Part shown: piece after piece, positions 1 through 12,519 of the stretch
Layout: every line of letters begins with the position of its first letter
Numbering within the stretch: the stretch's first letter is position 1
Assembly: GCF_006345805.1 (NCBI RefSeq)
Contig: NC_042998.1
Coordinates: forward strand, 111,228,001-111,292,000
Source of the DNA: Octopus sinensis
Lineage: Eukaryota
Direction: 5' to 3'
Length of the DNA: 64,000 bases
Made by a program: the position numbers and the translations under genes
The notes under the pieces: model-generated
Told to the model about the DNA's origin: nothing
What the model saw: the letters and a program-made list of their open reading frames with translations, nothing else
The model's database searches: none

Positions 1-1310
1 TTGTAGCCTCCTGGCAGTTCTATAGCGGTGGGTATCTTCTCTCTTGCTGCTTCATCCAATTGAAGCAGGAATTCGATTGATTTGCCCACATAGTCTTTCT
101 CTCCTAGAACCGCGATTTCCAGGATGTTTGTCTCTGACATTGTCTCTGACATTTCAAAGCAGATGGCAGAGACCACCCATTGTGTTTCGACATCAAATGG
201 TATGTTTTTTATTTGGACTTTCGTGACCCTTTTGTTTAAATAGACTGGTATCATTACCAAGTCGTCCGAATGTAGCTCCAATGTGGAAAAACGTTTTGCT
301 AAACTTTCGTTGAGGAAACGTACTTGGACTGTACCAAATTTGTTTCCCCAACTGATATATTCCTTGGAGTCCCATACAGGACGAAGGCATTTATCGATTT
401 TTTCCTGCGGTGCATTTTCTGTTCTTCTTGTCTTTTTGTTTATTACTTTATAAATTATTGTTTTTTTTTGCGTGTTTTCCACGATGTGTTGTGGAATATG
501 AAGGTGCAATTTGTCCTTCTTTGGAGAAGAGTGCCTTTGTGCGGTTTATCTCTTGTGTGGTGAATGTTACAATTGTTCTTTTTTGTTTTGTTACGTCCGC
601 AAAATTCGTTTTGAATTTGGCAGTAGAAGTGTTAATTGTGGCAGTGTTAATTGAAGTCATGGTAGTGGTGTTGGTGTTGGCGGTATTAGCAGCAGAAGGC
701 TTGGATGTAGCATTTGACGTCGTAGTAGTGGTGTTGGTGTTGGCGGTGTTGTCTTTGGTAGGCGGCTTTGTGCCAATTTCGTTGTTGTTGTTGTTGGTGG
801 TGATGGTGGTGGTGCTGGCATTCATGTTTTCGTTTGTATTCATTTTTGAAATCCCTTTCTCTGTCCCTTTATCATCAACAAGTGGTGTGGGGAGTGAGGG
901 GAAATCTAAGTTAATGTCTTTGGTCGCGGCGATGGTGAATGCGACGTTAGATTTGTTGTTGTTGTTGTTGGTGGTGGTGATGGTGGTGACAGCGGTGTTC
1001 ACGCTGCGATGTTTAGCAGCTAGTGGTAGCAATAGTGTTTTGCTACCGTTCTGCATGACTGGCGGGCTAGCCACGTGGTTTCTAGTTGCCATTTTCAAAA
1101 TGAAAAATGGCTAAAAAACCCACGAAAGTTTTGAAAGTTTTTTTGTAATTTCGCCCATACAGGGGCGGAATTCTACGTGAATAATTCTCAGGTTTTTTAG
1201 TGAATGAATTTGCACAACGATTAAAACAAAATATTTGACAACAAGGAGTTTTAAACATGTAAAAGTGGCCAACTTACTTGGAGCCGATATGACTAGCGTC
1301 CGTCCATTGT
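1..1310 (-). mobile_element. 5' end of a non-LTR retrotransposon: ~210-nt 5' UTR plus ORF1-like gene (Asn/Thr-rich N-terminus, RRM-like region), frameshifted at a T9 run (461-469) and running off the window start
   Basis: ORF 1098->448 (216 aa, poly-N/T). Removing one base from the homopolymer joins it to a stop-free frame to position 1: ...KTIIYKVINKK...KFGTVQVRFLNESLAKRF...RVTKVQIKNIPFDVETQWVVSAICFE. The 'VQIKNIP' and 'GTVQVRF' segments resemble L1/Tx1 ORF1 RRM motifs. The region starts directly after the (TATC)n tract. Confidence 0.55.

Positions 1311-1385
<75 letters not shown>
1311..1385. repeat. (GATA)n microsatellite; the (TATC)n tail/target of the adjacent LINE
   Basis: Perfect GATA array directly after the LINE 3' end (minus strand ...GCTAATAAAGAAATCTATCTATC). 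Confidence 0.95.
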
Positions 1386-3846
1386 TTCTTTATTAGCCAC
1401 ACAGAGCCGAACACAGATGGGACAGTACAATGTAGAACTTATCTTTTCGAAAGAAAGGCAGAAGAAAATAAAAGAAAAAATCCCGATCAAAAGGGATCGA
1501 AAGCAAAATAATGGGGAGTAAAAATGTAAAACAAATGTGGAAAGAAAAACCTTCGAAAGAGACCACGGTAACCTCAGGCAGGGAAAGAAAGCCCTCTCTC
1601 TCTCTCCCTGTCACTCTCTCTCTCCTTTGGATTTGCATGATCATGTTCGAAGTGGTTTCGTCATTCATGCGTACCACCTTCGCTACATTCACCAACCATT
1701 TATTGAAACTTTCATGAGACAAATCGTGCCTCTCTATTCTCACCTTCCTTTTCAAGTGGTACTTAAAAAAGTTGATCAGCGATTGGCCAGAGAGAAAAGT
1801 GCTTGTCTCTAAACCTTTCTCACTAGCCCAGCACACACATTCTTTCACCATAGCCACCAGTACAATGAAAACTGTTTTGCCTTCCCGGTTAAAGGAAGGT
1901 GGCGGGGTAATATTCACGAATTCGTCCAACACGTGACAGCAGCCGTTCCACATAAGACCACAGGTTTGAACATTACACGAGTGCGTGCAGAACTGTTTCG
2001 TCGCTTTTACCGTATCTCGGGCAAGTCGATCCTGCGTATCTCTAACAGTGCCTGTAGAGCTTATCCTGATCGGGCAATGCTTCCCGATAGCACTACTAGG
2101 CCAGTGATCTCTGATGATTGTCCATAGGTTCCGGCCCGAAAGTTGTCCTGAAGAGGCGAGTCTGGTCTTCCCCGCCGACGCAAGATTCTCCCCAAGAACT
2201 TCGTCGCATCTCCCCTCTACTAATCCTCTATAGAACGCCTTCGTGGAATTGAAGTTGCACAAGTTTGTTCCCGGGCGGCAGAGTCGCTTGAGAGTAAGGC
2301 GGCACTCGCGGTGTTATTCGCCTACTCTCGGTCTCTTATCTGTGACTGCAGTTCGGCCAGAGACGAGCTGCGGTAACGCGCGCCTCATAAACGGCGAGCA
2401 CACCTGTTCACCGTCGTATATGAAGCGCCAGAGATGTCGTAGCCTCAGTGCATGTCTGCGCATCATCAACCATGGCATGTTCAGCCCTCCATTTAATGGG
2501 TGTTAACAGCAAATAGATCGCCTAACTATCGGAACGCTTCCCTTCGTCAAAAAGCGGAAGAGCATGCATTCCATTTTGGTGATGGTAGGGTCTGGACAAT
2601 GCACGACGGCCAGACGGTAATAGATGGCAGATGCGATGTATGTGTCGCCACTTCCACCCGACCTTTTAGGGATAGCTTTCTCCCGGCCCATTGCCGGGTG
2701 AGAGTGGCCATCCTACTCGTTATCTCGTCCTAGTTCTTCTCCATTTGGAGGTACGTTCTGAATCAGACACCGAGCAGTTTAATTGGTCCGTCGATCCAGT
2801 GTGCCACGATGGAGACACTGTTGGACGGCAGAGGCCTGACTCACCAGGTGCCGAGCCGCAAGCCCACTGACTTTTCCGAGTGAATTTTCGCTCCCGTTAC
2901 CGCTTCGCAGAGCAAGGATCCTAGCTCTGACGTGTTTGGCGTTGAAGTATTGGTCGAAGGCCAACCTCGCCGCCAGTACGTTGGACGCGATGCTACTTTA
3001 TGTGCCTCTTCTAATTTCTTAACTAGGCCTCCCTCTATTCTATTTCGATCTATCGCTAGAGCCTTACTATACCTAACCGATTCTGCTTTAATTGCTTTAT
3101 TTATGGCATACCACCATCTATTATTGACGATGGTGCTCATCAATGCTCTCTTAACTAATGTGCTAATCCGGTCTCTATAAGCCTGGCGTGCCGTGAACGG
3201 CGCGTCCAGTTTCCAGTAGCCGGGACCCTGCCAATGATTCTTATCTAAGTCAAGCGTACAAGTCACAAATTTGTGATCTGTGTAGCTAACTATATGAAAT
3301 TGTGGACAACCTACACTACCCCTACCCACTGTCCTACAGAATTCTCTACCTAAATACGATCTGGACGACTCAATGCGATTGCTCCATGTCCACATTGGCA
3401 CATTCGGGTGGTCCAGTCGGTACCTATCAGACAGTTGGTAACGTCTGAGCAGGTCTTTGAGACATTTACATCCCCTCCAATTCCTTTCTCTACCCACGTA
3501 CTCTAGATGCGTGTCGAAGGTAACGTTCCAATCCCCCACTAAAAGTAAAGGTCGAGACGTTCCCAGGAAAAGCTCTAGACGTCGAAAGAAATCCGGCGGA
3601 TCTATTAAGGATGGTACATAAACTACTATCAGTGGAAAAGCGCAGGCATTACTGCCATCGACATCCAAGGCGACCAGCCTACCCTCCGAGTCTATGAATA
3701 TTGCTCTTACTTTGAGGCCCAGACTCTTCCGAAAAAGCACCGCGATACTACACGGTGAAATATAAGTGTCGAATTGTCTGCAGAACATGTGCTGGAAAGC
3801 CCGCGGGTTGTGGAGTCTGGTCTCACAGATGGCTGTGATATCCACA
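1386..3846 (-). mobile_element. Tx1/L1-clade LINE, 5'-truncated, with APE endonuclease, RT core deleted, RT thumb/C-terminus and 3' UTR
   Basis: APE motifs: ITAICETRL, LLLVGDWN, SDRYR, WTW, YTDH, GPGYWKLD. At ~2908 this joins EAVTGAKIHSEKSVGLRLGTW, WIDGPIKLLGV and RKLSLKGR. The C-terminus reads FFKYHLKRKVRIER. AATAAA precedes the (TATC)n tail. Several stops and frameshifts. Confidence 0.85.
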
Positions 3847-3857
3847 GATAGGTAGAC

Positions 3858-3917
<60 letters not shown>

Positions 3918-4020
3918 GATAGATAGATAGATAGATAGATAGGTAGGTAGATACATATGTATGTATGCATGTACGTATGTATGTATGTATGTATGTATGT
4001 ATGTATGTATGTATGTATGT
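3847..4020. repeat. Compound (GATA)n + (TATG)n microsatellite
   Basis: Seen directly. Confidence 0.95.
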
Positions 4021-4054
4021 TCGTATTTATAAATATCCATAAAATTTATAGAAG

Positions 4055-4195
4055 TACAAATGACGAAGACAGGTGTATGAACAACAAGCGTGTTTGTTCG
4101 ACGCTCGGGGAAAATGAAAAAGTATTTTACGTTTCGAACCTACGCTCTTCAACAGAAAATGGAATGAGAAAATAAACAGAGAATGGAAAAAAAAT
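4055..4195 (-). repeat. Dispersed repeat fragment; the same family is at ~50475-50530 (-) and ~62995-63120 (+)
   Basis: Shared GAAGAGCGTA..TCGAAA, GAGCG(TTAAACTAATACATC) and CACCTGTCTTCGTC segments between the copies. Confidence 0.6.
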
Positions 4196-4209
4196 GTGTA
4201 GAGTGGTCC

Positions 4210-4629
4210 AACGTATACATACATACAATATATATATGCACTCACACACACACGCACGCACACACACACACGCACACACATACATACATACACACACATA
4301 TATATATATATGTATATATCTATCTATATATATATATATATATATAATTTTTAGTGGTTTTAGTTATAGGACTGTGGCCACGCTGTAGCACCGTCTTTAT
4401 TTACTTTCCGTTTTGCTCTCGCTTTATGGCTGGAAGTAGATCTGTGATGGAGTTTGTAACAGCTGACCATCCCTGGGTGTGTCCTTGAAGGGTTGCCTGG
4501 TCTGGTATCGTCGTTACATACATGCATACATACATACATACATACATACATACATACATTCATACATACATACATACATACATACATGCATACATACATA
4601 CATACATGCATACATACATCATATATATG

Positions 4630-4661
<32 letters not shown>

Positions 4662-4718
4662 TATATACGCATACACATATATGTATGTATATTTGTGTGT
4701 GTCTATGTGTAGACAGAA

Positions 4719-4764
<46 letters not shown>

Positions 4765-4770
4765 GTAGAG
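4210..4770. repeat. Microsatellite cluster: (CA)n, (TA)n, (CATA)n, (GA)n
   Basis: Seen directly; source of several spurious ORFs. Confidence 0.9.
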
Positions 4771-5468
4771 CGGGGAAGAACGGAAAGACAGACAAAACAA
4801 AGGAATATTGATGGAATCTTGAATGATAAACAGGTGTGAAGCAGTGTATGTATGCGTGTGTGAGTTAGTGTATGGTGTGTAAGATGAGAAGAAGGTGGAG
4901 AAAACGTAGGAGAATCGCTGTTTTGGCGAGACATTAGATTATCGATATAATAATATAAAAACGCATGAATTACTTCCTATATCTAATTGCAATGAGAAAT
5001 TATAAGGAGAGAAAAACTATTTCGTATCTCTTGCTGACATGAACACAATTGTGAGACGATACCTATAGAACGGAAGTTTCAGTTTAGTTATTTGTACCTG
5101 GTGTGTGAAGTAGTAGTAGTAGTAGTTGTTCTGGTTGTTGTTGCTGTTGTTGATCCTGTCGTTGTTGTCTTTATTGTTATTGCTTTTATTGTTTTGATGT
5201 TTCTGTGGTTTCTTTATGTTGTGTCATAGGACGCTGACAGACTAATATTCTCATAATAATTTAATCAAATACTGTAATATATTGCATCATCCATTGTGTG
5301 TGTGTGTGCGTGTGTGTGTGTGTGTGTGGGTGTGTGTGAGTGTGCATTATTGCGGATCTGTGTATGAGTGAATAAGTGTACCTGTATGTGTGAATACTTA
5401 TCCATGTATATGTAAGCCTCTGGTTTTGGATTGACGCATATACTGTAATATATCACACCATTCATTAT

Positions 5469-5516
<48 letters not shown>

Positions 5517-7065
5517 TATATATATATATATACACATATATATATATATATATTTATACGTATACATATATGTGTGTGTGTGTGTGTATGTGTGTGTGTG
5601 TATGTATATATAAAATGTGTGTCTATGTATCTATACATTATTAAACAACCATATTTTCTTTCTCCGAGAGAGTGTTTCGTAGCGTTTATCAGTGACTTTG
5701 GTCAACAACATATGCTGGTGTGCACATACCAACTTATGAAGTCGATGTGGTTGACAAAATGGGATTGTGAACAGAACATCGAACTTTGTACTTCAGACCT
5801 TCTGATACCATCATCTCTTATCTGCATTTTCGAGTAAGAACCTTGTATACTGCTGCCCACAACGGCCTCCCCACAAAAACCGAACCTTTTCAAGAATTGA
5901 AAAATCACAGAGATCGATCATGGAATATAAATAATTAAATGGATGGACAAGCCGTGACTGTCGCAAACGGTTCATAGGCTCAAAATATACTCTGCCTAAC
6001 GCTGACTTGGGCGTTATTTATTCGTGTAATGTAGAATTTATTCCACCAATATTATCTAAACGTTGCTGGTTTGGAGTTCTCAGGGTGACTCACGGCTAGG
6101 TTGTGTACCATGCGCTCCCTACAAAATTCAAGTCAACATCATGCTTACTTTTAAGATAAATTTCGCAGAGGTTCTAGGATATATCATCGTTTATGTTTCG
6201 GGGTCTTTGAGAGTTTCAGATATTTTCAACAACAGAACCCCTCGCCCTATTGAACCAAACGGGGGTTAATCAAATCCGAGCTTGCATCCTAGTAGCAGCA
6301 AACCATTGGTCTTCGCTCTTAATCCCAAGCTACATTTTGCCATTCTCTGCAGCTTCAGTGTTCGAATTTATAAATTTATAGCCCTCCGCATTACTGCACC
6401 AGTAACTCTAAGCCCAATCAGAGCTTTGCAGAATGAACTACCCACAAATTCTTGACTGTCGACATCAATTGACGTACAACAATCCTGATTTCTGTATTGC
6501 CATACCAGTTCTTGGCTTTTGTCAAGCACTCATAAGCCTCCTTCATGTCTTTCTCTCAGGACACAATCAGTTCCTAGATGATTGTTTGGTGGATTTCGAT
6601 GGAAATATGTCTAAGCGGAATGTTGTTGGTGCGATGTAGTCTGGGACGTTAACTATTCTATGAGATCCGATCGCGGGGCTGTGGAAAGCAAGCATGATGG
6701 TTGTTGAAGTTTCTGTGAACTGGACTTTAGTCCGGCTCAGATCTTGTGACACAACTTTTTGTCTGAAATTTTCCTTCCTTAATTAACGTTATTCCGAAAG
6801 AATTCAAAGAAAAGACACCTATAACATTCAAACGTTACATTACATAGAAGACAAATTCTTATATGTAATAGAAGACAAAACACTATCACCCGGAGATACC
6901 TCAGCAAACAACTTTGTACACGAGTCGCTATGATGTCCCAAAACAGACCATAAAAGACTGCTGCAGTTGGTGCCATAAGGTTAAACATTGCCTGTCCAAA
7001 ATGGACAAAACCTTCATGTCTGTCTCTCTGCCTTTCTCAGCTCCTGTCTCTCCCCTCTCTATTTG

Positions 7066-7156
<91 letters not shown>

Positions 7157-7285
7157 GTCTGTCTGCCTATTTATTTATCAATTAATTTATTTATGCTGAA
7201 TATATTTGTGCATGTCTGTGTGCGTGTGTGATTGTTCCTATATTTATATCTATATCATCGTCCAGAATCAGCCGAGTGGGACCGA

Positions 7286-7336
7286 TCCCACTGAAGAGGC
7301 TCCGACGAAAGCCGAAATTGACCGATCAGTCTGAGA
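7286..7336 (+). ncRNA. Hammerhead ribozyme-like motif (type I topology, imperfect helix I), copy 1
   Basis: TCCCA-CTGAAGA-GGCT(ccgacgaa)AGCC-GAAA-TTGA(ccga)TCA-GTC-TGAGA. The core, helix II and helix III are intact, the cleavage triplet is GUC, and helix I has one mismatch. Confidence 0.6.
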
Positions 7337-7408
7337 ATATCGCGACTGCTGCTTTTCGGTCTATTACAGTCCCTGTCAGCATGTATATATACAATTATAT
7401 ATATATGC

Positions 7409-7453
<45 letters not shown>

Positions 7454-8965
7454 TTATACGTATACATATATGTGTGTGTGTGTGTGTATGTGTGTGTGTG
7501 TATGTATATATAAAATGTGTGTCTATGTATCTATACATTATTAAACAACCATATTTTCTTTCTCCGAGAGAGTGTTTCGTAGCGTTTATCAGTGACTTTG
7601 GTCAACAACATATGCTGGTGTGCACATACCAACTTATGAAGTCGATGTGGTTGACAAAATGGGATTGTGAACAGAACATCGAACTTTGTACTTCAGACCT
7701 TCTGATACCATCATCTCTTATCTGCATTTTCGAGTAAGAACCTTGTATACTGCTGCCCACAACGGCCTCCCCACAAAAACCGAACCTTTTCAAGAATTGA
7801 AAAATCACAGAGATCGATCATGGAATATAAATAATTAAATGGATGGACAAGCCGTGACTGTCGCAAACGGTTCATAGGCTCAAAATATACTCTGCCTAAC
7901 GCTGACTTGGGCGTTATTTATTCGTGTAATGTAGAATTTATTCCACCAATATTATCTAAACGTTGCTGGTTTGGAGTTCTCAGGGTGACTCACGGCTAGG
8001 TTGTGTACCATGCGCTCCCTACAAAATTCAAGTCAACATCATGCTTACTTTTAAGATAAATTTCGCAGAGGTTCTAGGATATATCATCGTTTATGTTTCG
8101 GGGTCTTTGAGAGTTTCAGATATTTTCAACAACAGAACCCCTCGCCCTATTGAACCAAACGGGGGTTAATCAAATCCGAGCTTGCATCCTAGTAGCAGCA
8201 AACCATTGGTCTTCGCTCTTAATCCCAAGCTACATTTTGCCATTCTCTGCAGCTTCAGTGTTCGAATTTATAAATTATAGCCCTCCGCATTACTGCACCA
8301 GTAACTCTAAGCCCAATCAGAGCTTTGCAGAATGAACTACCCACAAATTCTTGACTGTCGACATCAATTGACGTACAACAATCCTGATTTCTGTATTGCC
8401 ATACCAGTTCTTGGCTTTTGTCAAGCACTCATAAGCCTCCTTCATGTCTTTCTCTCAGGACACAATCAGTTCCTAGATGATTGTTTGGTGGATTTCGATG
8501 GAAATATGTCTAAGCGGAATGTTGTTGGTACGATGTAGTCTGGGACGTTTAACTATTCTATGAGATCCGATCGCGGGGCTGTGGAAAGCAAGCATGATGG
8601 TTGTTGAAGTTTCTGTGAACTGGACTTTAGTCCGGCTCAGATCTTGTGACACAACTTTTTGTCTGAAATTTTCCTTCCTTAATTAACGTTATTCCGAAAG
8701 AATTCAAAGAAAAGACACCTATAACATTCAAACGTTACATTACATAGAAGACAAATTCTTATATGTAATAGAAGACAAAACACTATCACCCGGAGATACC
8801 TCAGCAAACAACTTTGTACACGAGTCGCTATGATGTCCCAAAACAGACCATAAAAGACTGCTGCAGTTGGTGCCATAAGGTTAAACATTGCCTGTCCAAA
8901 ATGGACAAAACCTTCATGTCTGTCTCTCTGCCTTTCTCAGCTCCTGTCTCTCCCCTCTCTATTTG

Positions 8966-9044
<79 letters not shown>

Positions 9045-9173
9045 GTCTGTCTGCCTATTTATTTATCAATTAATTTATTTATGCTGAATATATTTGTGCA
9101 TGTCTGTGTGCGTGTGTGATTGTTCCTATATTTATATCTATATCATCGTCCAGAATCAGCCGAGTGGGACCGA

Positions 9174-9224
9174 TCCCACTGAAGAGGCTCCGACGAAAGC
9201 CGAAATTGACCGATCAGTCTGAGA
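9174..9224 (+). ncRNA. Hammerhead ribozyme-like motif, copy 2
   Basis: Identical to 7286-7336; part of the duplicated unit. Confidence 0.6.
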
Positions 9225-9296
9225 ATATCGCGACTGCTGCTTTTCGGTCTATTACAGTCCCTGTCAGCATGTATATATACAATTATATATATATGC

Positions 9297-9378
<82 letters not shown>

Positions 9379-11459
9379 GCAAAAAAGGAACCCATGGAGG
9401 CTATACCTACCAAACTTTCCATTAAAAAATCATCGTAAAGTGCAGTGTAGTCATATTTTATGTCAAGTGTTCTGCCTGAATAAAAGAGCAGTAGTTAGGC
9501 AATGATAACGTAACTACACGTTAAGATGATTGAAAATATCAGAATATGCTAAAATATTCTCTCTCTCTCTCCTCCCACCTCCCGCCAATCGTTCGACCGC
9601 TGTAGTTAAGTGAATGATTGGGTGGGGAGAGAATACTATGACAGGTTTGCATTCAATTTGCGCGTATTACGAGTATTACTGAAGATATGCAGATAATTAG
9701 TTTCATTCATGAACTGATATTTTCTTTTTTCAATTATAATTGTAATTGCTAATTATTTTAGCATATCAAGGTCTGAATAATTTTTCATAGAGAAAAAAAT
9801 GTTCGTATGATCTAAAATAACTCATGCGATGAATCGATAATAACCTGAAAATATATAGGCTATGTCAGAAATTTGAAAAATTACCAAATCTAGAGGCAAC
9901 TGTATAATTTTGTACGTAAGATATCATACTGTTTCTGTGATTTGATTATTGATATATAATTAAATCAAAAGGAACAAGAATAAGAATTTTCGGAACTTTT
10001 GCTGTCTGACGTTAAATTGGCCAAGTTACATTGTATAAAATTTCTATTTCCGATATCCCAATCTCTGTAAACTTCTTTTATAAAATTTTCAGAATGAAGA
10101 AAAGGAATTGAGACAGAGAAGACAGTAGCTGATCGAATCAACCAGAGTCATAGCTAGTACTTACATTATAATCCTAAGTGGTATGAAAGACTATAATGAT
10201 ATTTGAACAAAGAACGCGCAGTCTCGAAATTAAATAAAATTAGTAAAACCTGTACAATAGGCCGTGTTAAAAGATAAATTTGAAGTAAAATACTAACATT
10301 TTTCAATACTTAATTTCTCTCTTCATGATAAAGAACCTTTTTTTTTTCCTCCTTTTCAATACGACTCAATTTACTGACTTTACTCTTAGTTTTCTAATGT
10401 TTATTCCATTGGATTCTATATTGATAATGTATACCCACAATAGATTCACAGAATTCTGGATTTCATAGACCTTATTCAGCATATATTTCGGCACTCTATC
10501 ATATTTATCTATCTACGGTCCTTAAGAAATTTATGCTACAATAGAATGTACAAATGATAAATAAATATTCTCAATCTATTTTGTAATTCTCTGTCTGTCT
10601 GTCTGTCTCTCTCTCTCTGTCTCTCACTCTCTCCCTCTCTCTCTTATATCTGTCTCCATCTAATTCTATTTGTATCTGTCTTTGTGTTCTGAGTTATTTA
10701 TCATTTACTTATTTGCATGTTTCCATATGAGTTCCTCAATATGTATGCCTGACTGTCAATATACTTATTAATCTAATCTATATATGTTATATGGATGTAC
10801 CTTTAACCTTTATAAAGCAGAATACTTCACAATGCTAACTAGAAATATATATACGGTGAGACATAAAGCGTTAGTCAACTTTAAGCATTTGTAACCATAT
10901 ACTGACCTCAACAGCGAAATATAGTCTTGCAGTCCCCGTTGAAATAGTAATGAATGAATCAGTTAATGTTCAAAATTGAATATTTGTTGTCTTGGGAGAA
11001 TTTAAAATACGTAAAGAATAATTAATTCACGGCTGAAACAACATTAATCACAGATTTACTGGTTCAGGTATGACTTGGTATAAATAACATCAACATATAG
11101 TTTTACTATTATGAATATTAATTATATATGAATAGTATATCATTATTTCTAATACATGCTTTCCACAATGTATTGATTGACTTGAAAAGTAAAATAGTTG
11201 AGAAGGTCCTGAAAAGCACAGGTTCTCTTAAATATACAGGATCTCTTTGATTGTTTAGTCTTCAAACTACTTCTCAGCCATCAGCCTTTTAGCAGAAAAT
11301 TACATTAACCTATAAAAAGGAAATACATTCGTGCCTTCCACCAAGAATGCCAAAAGAAGCAATTGCTCTCCAACATTAATATGTCTTTCTGCTTCACTGA
11401 ATCGACGACTTCAAAGGATTATTTTTTCAATGGTGGCACAACCAAAGTAAAGCAAAGTT

Positions 11460-12130
11460 TATGAGATTGTGTGTATAAATGTGTTTATATGTGTATAGGT
11501 GATCGTGTATATGTATGTTGATATGACTTTTTGCTTGTGTGTAAGTTCAGCTTTGTACATGGGTGCGTGTATGAATCTCTGTGTCTATTTGTTCATGTGT
11601 TTGTGTGCATATATGTGTGGTTTGGTGTGGTGCGTATGAGGTGAAGAGGTGAATGGTTCTTGACGCATGTGGGTGTACCTGAATGTGCTTGCATTGTGTA
11701 TAATTGTTTTCGCATGTGTATGAATGTGTGTGTAGAAGTTTTAGAGTAATTGTGCGTATATGAATATATGTCACCTGTGTACATTCGTATTTGCATATGT
11801 TTATACACACACACACATATACATCTATACATATATATATATGCTTATATAAACACATATATCTATATGTGCATGTATACACACATACATTCACATACAT
11901 ATATATATACATATGTAGGGATACGTGTATTTATATATATATATACACACACCATATATACATATATATGTATATATGCATATATGCACATATATATATA
12001 TATATATATATGTACGTGTAGGTTCGTATGTATGTATGTATGTATTATGTATGTATGTATGTATGTATGTATTATGTATGTATGTATGTACGTATACGTG
12101 TGTATATGCTCATTTGTGTATACGTCTGCG
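11460..12130. repeat. Degenerate (TG)/(TA)/(TATG) low-complexity region
   Basis: Seen directly. Confidence 0.85.
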
Positions 12131-12222
12131 AATACCGCTTAGATTGTATAAATGAGTTTATGACTATTTTGTTTTTCTTTAAATAATTTATTCTTTTTTT
12201 TTTACCTTTTTCCTTTTGCCAG

Positions 12223-12353
12223 AGTCTCGTTCTTATTCAGAAGGTTTGCTTAACTCTGCTGATTCGTATTCTAAAAACAAGACTGGCTCCTCCTTAGAAT
12301 ACGAAGTGATCAAAGAAAATTTAATACTAGAAATGATGAAGACCAAAACATAA
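12223..12353 (+). CDS. Candidate terminal coding exon of an unidentified gene
   Basis: Long polypyrimidine tract ending in CAG (AG at 12221-12222), then an open frame SRSYSEGLLNSADSYSKNKTGSSLEYEVIKENLILEMMKTKT* followed by several AATAAA. No homology recognised. Confidence 0.3.
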
Positions 12354-12488
12354 AAAATAAAATAAAATAAATGTAAGAATAAATAAATATACAACAGTAT
12401 GAACTCTTGAAATATGTTAGAAGTAGAAAAAACGGTAACAGGAGGAAGTAAAAGAATGTTTTTGTATGTATGTATGTATGTATGTATG

Positions 12489-12519
<31 letters not shown>

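Larger units (their letters stand above)
5540..9320. repeat. Tandem duplication of a ~1900-bp unit (copy 1 ~5540-7440, copy 2 ~7441-9320)
   Basis: TATTTATACG at 5551 and 7451 (period 1900). The copies differ only by two 1-nt indels, one G/A substitution (6630/8529) and microsatellite length. Junctions lie in (TA)n. Confidence 0.95.

Noticed and set aside
461-469. Programmed -1 ribosomal frameshift at A AAA AAC
   Set aside because: The -1 frame meets TAA immediately; only a +1 correction restores the frame.
410-1114. 234-aa hydrophobic ORF on the + strand
   Set aside because: Antisense shadow of the Asn/Thr-rich ORF1; the Val/Leu runs come from GTT/GTG repeats.
1393-2262. 289-aa ORF as an independent gene
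   Set aside because: It drifts between frames of the Tx1-like LINE C-terminus and 3' UTR.
4115-4155. Hammerhead in the GAAGAGCGTAGG.TCGAAACGT repeat family (also ~63005-63030)
   Set aside because: The core is altered (TTGAAGA / GGAAGA), and helices I and II cannot be formed convincingly in these copies.
3707-5567. YIYI/HTHT/MYVC/LSLS-type ORFs here and throughout the window
   Set aside because: Translations of di- and tetranucleotide microsatellites.
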